DNA of 64,000 nt. Origin: a virus. Taxonomy: Duplodnaviria; Caudoviricetes. The stretch's first letter is position 1. Every line of letters starts with the position of its first letter. The stretch covers positions 18,623-82,622 of IMG/VR virus record IMGVR_UViG_3300001525_000609; one strand, given 5' to 3'. This document shows, piece by piece, positions 47,774 to 57,421 of this stretch. The notes beneath the pieces are model-generated. The model was not told the origin of the DNA and made no database searches. It saw only the letters and a program-made list of their open reading frames with translations. The position numbers and the translations under genes were made by a program.

Positions 47774-48169
47774 ATGGATATGGAAATGAGCATATCGATC
47801 GACCTTGAGAAATATGGTGCCGAAGGAGAAATCATCCTTTCTGCACCTGGCCTTCGTCGCATGACAGAGCTTAAGAATGAGATGAGCAAGCCTGCACGTG
47901 TTTCCAAAAAAGGCGCAGAAGTATCTGTATCTGAGGTCCAGCAAGGTGATGTCGAGATTCTCAGCATTCTGGTGTATGTGCAGAGCGCGCCTTTTGATCG
48001 CAATGTCGAGTCATTCCTCAGCTTCTGTGACAGGCTGGCTGGAATCAAAAGGGGTAATGACAATCTCCTGTATGATGAGATGATCGATGCAGTCCGGCGT
48101 ATCGATTCAGGGGAGGTCGCCTCCCCTTTGGACGGCTCTCCGGATGCAGGGACCGTGAATTCGGAATAA
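47774..48169 (+). CDS. Tail assembly chaperone (G-like)
   Basis: Between tube and tape measure; slippery CCCTTTG at 48124-48130. Confidence 0.65.
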   Translation: MDMEMSISIDLEKYGAEGEIILSAPGLRRMTELKNEMSKPARVSKKGAEVSVSEVQQGDVEILSILVYVQSAPFDRNVESFLSFCDRLAGIKRGNDNLLYDEMIDAVRRIDSGEVASPLDGSPDAGTVNSE

Positions 48170-48396
48170 GACTGTTCAGCGAGGCGGTGTCTGGCAAAGC
48201 TCCCTTAGAAGGGGAGTCTGCATTGATGTATCTCTATGGAGTGTATCTCCTGAATGGAGGGTCGAAGGAGGAGTTCTTCGACCTTTCGTTCGAGGACTTG
48301 CAGATAATGTCTGTCGTAGCGCTGTCGGGAATCCATCGTAACGCGAACGCCATTGCGCAATCCATTTCCAAACTTTTCAGAGGCAAAGATGAATGA
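48124..48396 (+). CDS. -1 frameshift extension of the chaperone (T-like part)
   Basis: The -1 frame is open across the slippery site to TGA at 48396; EFFDLSFEDLQ. Confidence 0.6.
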   Translation, partial: PFGRLSGCRDREFGIRLFSEAVSGKAPLEGESALMYLYGVYLLNGGSKEEFFDLSFEDLQIMSVVALSGIHRNANAIAQSISKLFRGKDE

Positions 48397-49633
48397 AGAA
48401 TTCAAGCTGACGATGACCCTTGTGCCGAAGTTCGACACAGAGGCCCTAGCTAGCGCTATGAATGGAATCTATGAAACCGCAGGTGCAGGTGGCAATGGGC
48501 GTGGCGACAATGGCGGCCCAGGTGGGAATGGGGGCGGCCAAGGGGGGAACGGCGGCACTGTTGCAGGCAGACAGGCGGCAAGCACCCATACTTCTGAAGC
48601 AGGCGATGATGCGTCGAATGGAGATACGTCTGAGGCAATGGAGAACGCTCGCAAGCGGTCAAGGTTCTTCGACAGATTCCGCATCATGCCGCGGAAAGAT
48701 GAAGATTCAGACAATAGTGATGATGGGGAGAAGTCAGAGAAACGTATCAAAGCTCTGACGAAAGTGGTCACAACAGGTGTATCTCTTGCGACCAAGGGGT
48801 TGCAAGGTATCGCATCCATGTCGCTCGGATTCATCGAAGATATGTATCGTCGTATGCGTGACGCATCACCTTTGCTTCAATCTGTGGAAGCTCTGTTCAA
48901 TCTTGCAGTCACGCTGTTCTTCATGCCCCTGGGCAACAAGCTAGGCGAGATACTCATACCTGCTACAGTCGAGCTATTGGACAAGGTCGTAGACTTGTGG
49001 GATGCGTTCGAGGGCAAGACTTTGGGCGAAGCGATCCAATATGCTATCGAGAAAGGGACCCAGATCTTCGGAGAATACATCTCAGGGATTGGGGAGACCT
49101 TGAGCAATCAGAGCGGGGTAGTCGGCACCATCGGCAGATTCATGGTCAAGATCGGCGATTGGGTGGAGAACAGGATGGAGGGCTTCATCGAAGCTATTCT
49201 CAACGTCGCTTCGTGGATCATGGATAATTTCAAAGCGTTCGTATCGCTATACGTAGGATTGCAGACTGCGACATTGGGTGCGATAATCGGCGGGTCTTCG
49301 CTATTGGGGAACATCACGGGACCCTGGGGTGCTTTAGCCGGTGCGGGGCTCGGTTTCGGAATAGGCAGCCTTTCCACTGCGGCAGTTCTTACAGACTATG
49401 GATTTGCAGAAGGCGGATACATCCCTGCGAGGGATGGAGGGTCATGGGCGCTGGTCGGTGAAGGAGGCCAGGGCGAGTACATCATTCCCGAGAGCAAGCT
49501 TCAGAATATCGCATCCAGCAATAATTCTGTTACGAATAATTTCTACGGGTATACGAATGATGACGTGGTCCGTATCGTTAGAGACGAGATCAGTTCGCAG
49601 ATATCCCTGTCTAAGATAAAAGGTGGTTTCTGA
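48389..49633 (+). CDS. Tape measure protein (short, 414 aa)
   Basis: Helical, amphipathic; GFAEGGYI near the C-terminus; synteny. Confidence 0.75.
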   Translation: MNEEFKLTMTLVPKFDTEALASAMNGIYETAGAGGNGRGDNGGPGGNGGGQGGNGGTVAGRQAASTHTSEAGDDASNGDTSEAMENARKRSRFFDRFRIMPRKDEDSDNSDDGEKSEKRIKALTKVVTTGVSLATKGLQGIASMSLGFIEDMYRRMRDASPLLQSVEALFNLAVTLFFMPLGNKLGEILIPATVELLDKVVDLWDAFEGKTLGEAIQYAIEKGTQIFGEYISGIGETLSNQSGVVGTIGRFMVKIGDWVENRMEGFIEAILNVASWIMDNFKAFVSLYVGLQTATLGAIIGGSSLLGNITGPWGALAGAGLGFGIGSLSTAAVLTDYGFAEGGYIPARDGGSWALVGEGGQGEYIIPESKLQNIASSNNSVTNNFYGYTNDDVVRIVRDEISSQISLSKIKGGF

Positions 49634-51294
49634 TGTCTTATGCGCTTCTTGAATTCAACTGGAAGGGCCAGACGGGGCAGATTGTAAAGATACCTATCAT
49701 TACAAGCATCTCCATGACTGCCACTGCAACCTTGTCCGAAGCGAAGACGTACATTTATGGATACAAGCAGAATTTCTGCATGGATACAGGCACTGCATTG
49801 CGCATCAACCTTTCCTGCATGCGTGTGAATCCTATCGACTATTCTGATTCGAAAACAGCGTCTATGGACAAATGGTCTAATGCAGTGTGGTTCCGCAATC
49901 TTGAGTCTCTTTTGGATAATTGGCAGAACAATGGTATGGAGGGCAATGTCAGAGCAGGCGGATTCCATGTCAAGTATTTCTCTGATGATGAAGCGCTCTA
50001 TCCCAACTTCGACTATAATGTGTTCCTTTCGGGATCTCTGAGCTTGACGTATGATACTGATACGATCAAGTTCTCCTTGCCTCTGGCTGTAGCGAGGATG
50101 AACGGCGAAGGGGGCACTGTGCCTACTGTGACGCTGACGCTAAAATCGAATGTGCCATCGCTTGAATCGACTATAACAGTCTCTAAGGGATACTACATGG
50201 AAGTCCCTTCTGAGCCGGATGAATGGCTGTCGGAGAAGCCCGGGTTCATTGTCAAAGGGTGGGATACATCGCCTGATGCAACGACAGTCGTTTACGAGAA
50301 GGGGTCGTATGTTGTATGGGACAGCAACACGACCTTGTATGCAGTCTGGGGCGGTGTCAGAGATATCAGGGTCTGGAACATCGGGGATGAAGCCAAATAT
50401 GTTGTTCAAGATAAGAGTGCATACATCACGGCATATCTGGTAGGCGGAGGCGGCGGTTCAGGTCGGCCTGCCAATAAAGGCTTGTATCCACATGCGGTTT
50501 CAAGATGGAAGGGTTTATGTATCCCTGGAGGCGCGGGCGGGTCCGGATATGTGAATATCCTGAATTTCAGTGTCAGTGCAGGCGATATAATCACTGCTGA
50601 TGTCGGCAAGGGGGGAGCTGCGGGCATCAACAAATATAATCATGGGAATCACGTTGCAGCTGAAGATGGCGGCAGGACCACGATGTATAAGAATGGAGCC
50701 ATAGTAGGCTATGCAAACGGGGGGAGTGCAGGAAAGCAGTCCGATCTTGCATATGAGGAAACCACCAGTGAAATTACATACACATCCTATCCTGGCGCGG
50801 GCGGTTCAAAAGAATATGCCGGTGGATCGTCACCCAGCGTCACAGGCGGAAAGGGAACGGATGGGAGCACAACTTCTGTGACCGCATCTGCAGGTACAGT
50901 CGGAAAAGGCTCTGTGGGGTACACGTGGTCTCACTCTGGATCTTCTTCTTCGTTGAATAATGGTGATTTAGATTGCAGAGGGGGCGGAGGAGGTGCGGCT
51001 GCCGGGCTCAACCTTACATTGTATGATAATACGGGTGTTTATGGCACATACATCTCTAAAGGCGGAGATGGGTTCAACATGGGCGATAATGCAACAGACC
51101 CTAGGGTATTCCACGATATTGCTTTTTGGGAGTCTGATCTTCCTGAATCAGCCAATGGAACCATCGGGGGCGGCGGCGGTGGCGGTTGTGCATGCGACTA
51201 TGGAGGATATCCCACTACTGGCCAGCATTGGATGGAGATGTGGGGCGGAAAAGGCGGTGACGGGATAGTGATTCTGGTGGTTCGTGATGAGTGA
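49633..51294 (+). CDS. Distal tail protein with InlB B-repeat-like and Gly-rich domains
   Basis: KGWDTSPDAT..Y..G...TLYAVW; multiple GGGGG/GG.GG.G motifs. Confidence 0.65.
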   Translation: MSYALLEFNWKGQTGQIVKIPIITSISMTATATLSEAKTYIYGYKQNFCMDTGTALRINLSCMRVNPIDYSDSKTASMDKWSNAVWFRNLESLLDNWQNNGMEGNVRAGGFHVKYFSDDEALYPNFDYNVFLSGSLSLTYDTDTIKFSLPLAVARMNGEGGTVPTVTLTLKSNVPSLESTITVSKGYYMEVPSEPDEWLSEKPGFIVKGWDTSPDATTVVYEKGSYVVWDSNTTLYAVWGGVRDIRVWNIGDEAKYVVQDKSAYITAYLVGGGGGSGRPANKGLYPHAVSRWKGLCIPGGAGGSGYVNILNFSVSAGDIITADVGKGGAAGINKYNHGNHVAAEDGGRTTMYKNGAIVGYANGGSAGKQSDLAYEETTSEITYTSYPGAGGSKEYAGGSSPSVTGGKGTDGSTTSVTASAGTVGKGSVGYTWSHSGSSSSLNNGDLDCRGGGGGAAAGLNLTLYDNTGVYGTYISKGGDGFNMGDNATDPRVFHDIAFWESDLPESANGTIGGGGGGGCACDYGGYPTTGQHWMEMWGGKGGDGIVILVVRDE

Positions 51295-53044
51295 GTTCGC
51301 AGGGCAGCTCGTCCTTTCGGCAACAGGTTATTCTGATCTGTACTTCGATACATTCGAAATTCAGGAGTCTTTTTCGAAGACTACTATGACCACGCCGATT
51401 GTATCTCTCGGTGTCGAATCTACATTCGGCGTGGATATGGGCACATCCAAGACATACTCTATCAAATTCACACGCAACATGCCCGAGTCTATATCTACCA
51501 ATACGACCGATTCACGCGAGTGGTCCAATGGAGATTGGATCGATTATGCATTGAGCATAATGAACAGGTGGCAAGCACGTACAAATGGGTTCAAGCTGGA
51601 ATTCACACCTAGCGATGTCAACCCATATGTGGCCCCCATATCTGAGACAGGCTATATCCGCAACTTCACTTTCAACTACAGTAACTCCTACAACACGATA
51701 GTATCAGGATCATTCGAGTTTCATGTAGGCACGATGTATGTGGGGTCTGTATCTGATCCAGCATACTTCATTCCGCAATCTGATTTCCAGGTGTCTGTCG
51801 GAGGCATAGTCCTGCTCTCAAAGAGCATCAATTGCATCACATCCTACACCTTGTGTGGTGGGCCAGAGTCTCCATTTGAGTATGCTGTGTTCTCTATCCC
51901 GAAAAACAGACTGACCTCTATTGCACCATCTCTTGTAGAATCCAAGGGGATCATATTGGGTAAGACACAGGTCGTCGTGAGTGCAATAGGGTCTTCGCAT
52001 ATGACGGTGACTAAGTGCAAACTCCGCAACAGCACATACCAGATCACTGCATATTGCAATGCTGAAGCATACAGAGGGCTGATATCTTCAACATCTTTTG
52101 CAGATACGCCGTATAAGATCATCGAAAGCATCCTTAGTGGAAGGTATGGCGGGCCATCATATGCAAGCAGTACAGTATATAAATATGACAGCAGTGCAGA
52201 TGATGCAGTCGGAACGCTGACATTCGAATCAGGCGTTAGCTTATGGTACATCTTACAGGTGTGTGCCCTTTGTCTAGGGTGCAGAATCTGGTTCTCGTGG
52301 GATAAAGCGTATGTCGTAGACACTCGTATGAGTGCTGCATCCGTGGATTATGATAATGTCGATCTGTATCCATCAAGCAAGAGCAACAGATATTATGGGC
52401 GCATCTCCGATACAGTATCCCTCGGGGATGAAGGTACAGACACTATCATCAATTCCATTGTGATCAAATGCAAGTCAGGAGACAGCATGGTTGAGCTCTC
52501 CATCAAGGATGAGGGTAGCATCGATGTGTATAAGGAGCGTGGCGGAAATACTCTGACGATAAAGGAGTTGTCCGGTGTTGTAGCTCAAGAAGAAACCGAT
52601 TCGGAAGAATCGGGTGAGACTACAGAGGATGGAACAGATTCATCGACCGAGGGTGGCGAAAGCACCGATCCTGAGCCTACGCCGGAACCGAGTAAAGATT
52701 CTCAAGCAGGTATATTCGGCACAAATTTCATATCATATCGTGCAGAGCCTCAGCAATCGATTTCTTTCACATTCAAAGAGCTCACATCATATAAGGGCTC
52801 TATCGGGTGGGCTCCGCTATTCGTGCCGAATGCACGCGCCACAAGCATAATCGATCTGAGCGATGATGTTACAATCGACAATGAGTCCGACTTGGGACGT
52901 GGCGAGGTCTATCCGAAGCTCATGCTGTCCACGTATGAATATTGCTACCCTCAAGGCACGACAACATATACATGGGGCACTATGGCTTCGATAGACCTCG
53001 CATCATCTACATCTCAGATCGTCACGGCTCAGAATAATTCCTGA
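51287..53044 (+). CDS. Baseplate hub/tail-tip protein
   Basis: Synteny after the distal tail gene; hub-like size. Confidence 0.55.
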   Translation: MSEFAGQLVLSATGYSDLYFDTFEIQESFSKTTMTTPIVSLGVESTFGVDMGTSKTYSIKFTRNMPESISTNTTDSREWSNGDWIDYALSIMNRWQARTNGFKLEFTPSDVNPYVAPISETGYIRNFTFNYSNSYNTIVSGSFEFHVGTMYVGSVSDPAYFIPQSDFQVSVGGIVLLSKSINCITSYTLCGGPESPFEYAVFSIPKNRLTSIAPSLVESKGIILGKTQVVVSAIGSSHMTVTKCKLRNSTYQITAYCNAEAYRGLISSTSFADTPYKIIESILSGRYGGPSYASSTVYKYDSSADDAVGTLTFESGVSLWYILQVCALCLGCRIWFSWDKAYVVDTRMSAASVDYDNVDLYPSSKSNRYYGRISDTVSLGDEGTDTIINSIVIKCKSGDSMVELSIKDEGSIDVYKERGGNTLTIKELSGVVAQEETDSEESGETTEDGTDSSTEGGESTDPEPTPEPSKDSQAGIFGTNFISYRAEPQQSISFTFKELTSYKGSIGWAPLFVPNARATSIIDLSDDVTIDNESDLGRGEVYPKLMLSTYEYCYPQGTTTYTWGTMASIDLASSTSQIVTAQNNS

Positions 53045-53514
53045 CGCTTTGCTATGACTGCTACGATCGCGATGCCGACGAATGCTGTTGCAACTAATGC
53101 CCATATGCCTGCATTCTTCAGCTCGAATCCTTTCGGTTCTTCAGGCTCAGGAGCAGGTGAGAAATCATATTCTGCATAGACATATATCGGGTCGTTCATA
53201 TAGTACATAGACCAGAAATCATAGCCTATGTCCCATATGGTCTCGCCGGGATACAATACGCCGAATTGAGAACGCCATCCGATGAATCCATAAGGTGCAT
53301 TCTCGTCGGTGTATTCTTTCGGGCAAGGTCCTATGCTGCTGTCGCCCTCACATACAGAACAGGCTATCTTTTTCGAATTTTCCTCATCTATGAATAAAAA
53401 TGATTTGAGCTTAGGCACGTCCATTCCATCGTCATTGTCAGACAAGACGGCGATGCAGGAGGTTGCAGTCAGGAGTAGCATAAGCACTACTGCGATGCAT
53501 GCTTTGATGTTCAT
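53029..53514 (-). CDS. Secreted, C-terminally anchored surface protein
   Basis: N-terminal signal helix, FIGW..YVYAEY domain, PAPEPEEP linker, C-terminal TM followed by KR. Confidence 0.7.
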   Translation of the reverse strand: MNIKACIAVVLMLLLTATSCIAVLSDNDDGMDVPKLKSFLFIDEENSKKIACSVCEGDSSIGPCPKEYTDENAPYGFIGWRSQFGVLYPGETIWDIGYDFWSMYYMNDPIYVYAEYDFSPAPEPEEPKGFELKNAGIWALVATAFVGIAIVAVIAKRQELF

Positions 53515-53547
53515 GTATTCATATAGTTCTTATTCAGTATAATGCTT

Positions 53548-53814
53548 ATGGGCAGACCTTTGGAAGTCGATCTGACAGGGCAGCGTTTCAGTAGACTGGT
53601 AGTCATAGGCAGAGCACCTAATCGCGGGAACAAGGTCAGATGGGATTGCAAGTGCGATTGCGGAGCAACCTGCTATGTCCAGACTTTCGATCTCGTGTTC
53701 GGCAAAACGCAGAGCTGCGGGTGCTATCGCAGAGACAGACAGAAAAGCATTCATTCGAAAACAAATGTCAGCGAAACTACCTTTATATTAGTCAATGATG
53801 TTGAACAAACATGA
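53548..53814 (+). CDS. N-terminal Cys domain of a phage HNH/AP2-type endonuclease
   Basis: DLTGQRFSRLVVI...WDCKCDCG...GKTQSCGC. Confidence 0.8.
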   Translation: MGRPLEVDLTGQRFSRLVVIGRAPNRGNKVRWDCKCDCGATCYVQTFDLVFGKTQSCGCYRRDRQKSIHSKTNVSETTFILVNDVEQT

Positions 53815-55778
53815 CTCATTTGACTAGGGTTTTCAATCCAGAGACCCGCTCGCTCACCAGCGTTGAACGCAGGTATGCAGGTCAGGTCGGAGATTCTCTG
53901 TCTACTGTGCTCCATTTCGAGTACACTGACTTGCAGTTCCTCATACAATATGTGCCGTACATAATGTTCGATACGCTGGATGACAATGGGAATCCGATGG
54001 TGTTCGGCCCTGAGGCCCCTTCGTGGCTTGAGGACAGGGACAAGGCCGTGTTCGACGGCCAGACTTTCGCCGTGCCATGGTCGGTGACATCGCGCACCAA
54101 ATCCATGCGTGTGAATTACCAGTTGTTCTTCGTCAAACCGGGTGTAGAGTTCGACATAAGGAATGTCGCACAGCTCAAGCCTACCGAAGTCGTGGTGTCT
54201 ACCGTCGACGGGATCGCGATCAAGAGGTCAATAGGATGTATGGGCGACAGGAAGCCTTGTGCGTGCCCCCCTTACTCTCCCACAGGAACCGAACCTGATA
54301 TCCTCGGCTATATCAAGCTCTGGAAGGATTATGGCATTGTTGTTCCTGCAACGCAATTCATTGACGAAGAGAACCGTGTTGCAATCATTCGTTTCAGGAC
54401 ATATAGCGGGCTCAATGACCAAGACCTCTCCTTAGAGGGCGTGCCCATCCTTGTGGATGGAAAGCTCCTGATAGAGCAGCTCCCGACAGGTAATGTTGCA
54501 GATACCATTCCTCTCTTGAAAGGCGAGATCGGGAATGGCAAGTCTATCATATATGATGCTGACGCAGGCGGTTTCATCGAGTATGATATCGCAGGGATCT
54601 ATCAATTCAGAGGCACATGCGCATCGGCCGATCTTGATTCGATGGCTGAATCCAGGCAGACGATGGCGGGCAATCCTCTCCGTAACGGAGATGTCTACTC
54701 TCTGACCGATCGCAGACCTTATGGAAAAGATGAATTGGGCAACACTCAATGGTATGAGGCGGGCACCAATTGGGTGTGGTCCGAGCAAGAGAGGTGGGAG
54801 CCGCTTACAGGAGACCTTGATCTGAACAAGTACCAGCTCAAAAGCTTCCTTGTGACCGTGTGGGACCAGCCCCAAGACGACCAATATCCATCTGCGAAAC
54901 TCGTGAAGGATAGTCTCGATGCCAAACTTGACGATTCGCAAGTCTTAGACAGTTGGGCCGATCTGGACGAATCCAAGTCTGGGCAAACAATACAGATCCC
55001 TTCTGCAAGGCTGTCCAAACATACACTGGATGATAAGCTGGACGATTCTCAGGTTATCACGTCGTGGGATGACCTCGACAGGTCGAAGGTCGGACAAGTC
55101 GTTCAGCTCCCTTCAGCTGTGCTGGCTAAGGATTCTTTGGACCGTAAGACCGATCTGAACATGGCTGTCCCTCATTGGTCTGCCGAAGAAGTATACAGCA
55201 TGGGATCTACAGTCATTTACAATCAGTTCTTGTATATCTCCCAGGTCGAAGACAATGTCGGGAACGTGCCCATCTCGGAAGAGGGCGACGTAAGCGATTT
55301 CTGGGCGATGGTGCAGGGTGATGGGGGGGGTTCGTCATCGTCCGAGTATCAGAAGTGGATTATCGGCAATGGAAAGTCCACTTCATTCAACCTAAATCAC
55401 AGGTTCGGAGCGAAAGACCTGTTCATCGCCTTGCGTGAAAGGGCTACTGGTGAGTATAAATCGGCTAAGTACACTGCGACTCGCCCCGGCATTCTCAATG
55501 TGGTGTTCACAGACCCTCCTGATTCGAATCAGTATGTCTTGACCATTTCGCCTGCTGTCCAGGCACAGCCCTCGCCTGAAATGATCCAGGCATTCGACTT
55601 CACTTCAGAGGTGGATACTTGGGTCATAGATCATAATCTAGGTCGTATTGTGAATGTGCAGACTTTCGATGCATCAGGGTATGAGATACACGGGGAAGTC
55701 AAGTTCGAGACCAAGAAACTGGATCAGGTGACGATATACTTCAACCACCCCCATAAGGGGACGGCGGTGATAAGATGA
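53811..55778 (+). CDS. Baseplate/fibre protein with three ~37-aa repeats and a CBM5/12-like domain
   Basis: PSA.L.K..LD.K repeats; WSAEEVYSMGSTVIYNQFLY...P...FW. Confidence 0.7.
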   Translation: MTHLTRVFNPETRSLTSVERRYAGQVGDSLSTVLHFEYTDLQFLIQYVPYIMFDTLDDNGNPMVFGPEAPSWLEDRDKAVFDGQTFAVPWSVTSRTKSMRVNYQLFFVKPGVEFDIRNVAQLKPTEVVVSTVDGIAIKRSIGCMGDRKPCACPPYSPTGTEPDILGYIKLWKDYGIVVPATQFIDEENRVAIIRFRTYSGLNDQDLSLEGVPILVDGKLLIEQLPTGNVADTIPLLKGEIGNGKSIIYDADAGGFIEYDIAGIYQFRGTCASADLDSMAESRQTMAGNPLRNGDVYSLTDRRPYGKDELGNTQWYEAGTNWVWSEQERWEPLTGDLDLNKYQLKSFLVTVWDQPQDDQYPSAKLVKDSLDAKLDDSQVLDSWADLDESKSGQTIQIPSARLSKHTLDDKLDDSQVITSWDDLDRSKVGQVVQLPSAVLAKDSLDRKTDLNMAVPHWSAEEVYSMGSTVIYNQFLYISQVEDNVGNVPISEEGDVSDFWAMVQGDGGGSSSSEYQKWIIGNGKSTSFNLNHRFGAKDLFIALRERATGEYKSAKYTATRPGILNVVFTDPPDSNQYVLTISPAVQAQPSPEMIQAFDFTSEVDTWVIDHNLGRIVNVQTFDASGYEIHGEVKFETKKLDQVTIYFNHPHKGTAVIR

Positions 55779-57337
55779 CCGGAACATACAGGCTAGATGC
55801 AGATCTGGATATGCTCTCCAATGAGCTGCGCAATGTTAGGCTGGAAGGGGCGAACAAGCCCCTCCCGCAAGGCGCAGAGGGCCAGATTCTGATATGCAGG
55901 GATGATAACAGAATCTATGTGTTCTCTGAAGGCGAATGGAAGCAGACTGGTGAGAACAATATCTTGGACACCATATCCGTGAACGGCTATGCACTGCCCA
56001 TTTCAGAGCGCAGAGTGGACATCGCAGTTCCGACAAAAGTATCTCAGTTGGAGAACGATAAGAAGTATGTCATCGAGACAGATTTGGACGACTATTACAC
56101 CAAAGAGCAGGTCGACTCGAAGATAGAGGTCATCAAGCAGTTCAACATAGTCGTTGTGGATAAACTGCCTGATATCGGAGAGAGCGGGGTGATCTACCTT
56201 GTGCCCAGCACCAATTCCAAGTCTAAGAATATCAAGGATGAGTATATCTGGGTCGATGGTGCATGGGAGCAGATAGGCTCGACTTCATTCAAGCTTGACA
56301 TATCTCAAACTACTGAAGACATCTCCATCAACACTACTTCGTTGCAGACTGCTACAAGAGCTCGCATCGGATTGATGACTGCTGAACATGTGCAGGTGCT
56401 TGAAGGGAAACAAGACCTGCTGATTGCTGGGGCGAACATCACTATAGAGAACAATGTCATATCTGCGATCGGCGGAGGTGGAGGTGGTGCAGGCCATGCA
56501 TCGGCATGTTGCACTGTTTCTGCTGGATCTAAGGTCGTGACCGTGAAGCACAGTTTGGATTCATACGAGCTGATATTCCAGCTCAGGACCACTGTTGCGC
56601 CCATCAGGTTCGTGCAAGCCGACATCATTGCGATAGATAAGAACAATGTCCAGGTCACGTTTGCCGAAGCGCCATCTGATCCTCTCAAGCTGAATATCAT
56701 CGCTTGCGACCAATCCATTCAGCCCGAGCCGGAATCCGATGTGGATGTCAAGTTATATGATGTTGCATCACAGATATGGACGCATGAGAATCCTACGAAG
56801 ATGCCGCTGTTCGTTCAGTTATTCGACGAGACGGGAAATAATCTCAAGGGAGATATCACACAAGAGTCTTCTGAAGATTATACTCCTGTAGTCGTATCCC
56901 TGAACGATGCGTCTACAGGCTCCATGCTTGTTGCGAGCGCAGACAAGATGCTGTCCTTCGATTCTGCTACAGATTGGAGTATAGACTTGGCAGAGAACGG
57001 CCTAGATGCATCGGCATGGTATCTGGTGCAGATCTACCTTGATGGCTCTGGTCAGGCAATGGGCGATATCGGCCAGTTGGGAGACGGTGTGATCTCGATA
57101 GGGTTCACCACGCCTCAATCTGGGCGCGTCATCCTGAGGAAGGCTACACAGGTCTATCACTTCACCGAGCAGACGATGCTTGAGATCACTCATGCTCTGA
57201 ACCGTTGTGTCGGGGCGCAGGTATACCTGACAGATACAGGTCAGGCCATGATAGACATAGTCTGTCAGGGCGATAATATGGTCGACCTGACATTCAGCAA
57301 CTCGATACCCGTCAGTGGAACTGCGCTTATCCTCTAA
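55775..57337 (+). CDS. Tail fibre/accessory protein
   Basis: VPTKVSQLENDKKY, YYTKEQVD, VVDKLP and EYIWVDGAWEQIG fibre motifs. Confidence 0.8.
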   Translation: MTGTYRLDADLDMLSNELRNVRLEGANKPLPQGAEGQILICRDDNRIYVFSEGEWKQTGENNILDTISVNGYALPISERRVDIAVPTKVSQLENDKKYVIETDLDDYYTKEQVDSKIEVIKQFNIVVVDKLPDIGESGVIYLVPSTNSKSKNIKDEYIWVDGAWEQIGSTSFKLDISQTTEDISINTTSLQTATRARIGLMTAEHVQVLEGKQDLLIAGANITIENNVISAIGGGGGGAGHASACCTVSAGSKVVTVKHSLDSYELIFQLRTTVAPIRFVQADIIAIDKNNVQVTFAEAPSDPLKLNIIACDQSIQPEPESDVDVKLYDVASQIWTHENPTKMPLFVQLFDETGNNLKGDITQESSEDYTPVVVSLNDASTGSMLVASADKMLSFDSATDWSIDLAENGLDASAWYLVQIYLDGSGQAMGDIGQLGDGVISIGFTTPQSGRVILRKATQVYHFTEQTMLEITHALNRCVGAQVYLTDTGQAMIDIVCQGDNMVDLTFSNSIPVSGTALIL

Positions 57338-57363
57338 GGGGGCATAGCCCCCTAAACCTTTTT
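57337..57363 (+). terminator. Terminator hairpin
   Basis: AGGGGGC-ata-GCCCCCT then AAACCTTTTT. Confidence 0.65.
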
Positions 57364-57421
57364 AACGCTCACAAATAATAATCGCATCGACGAAATCTAA
57401 GATTTCGCAGAAGGTGTGAAA

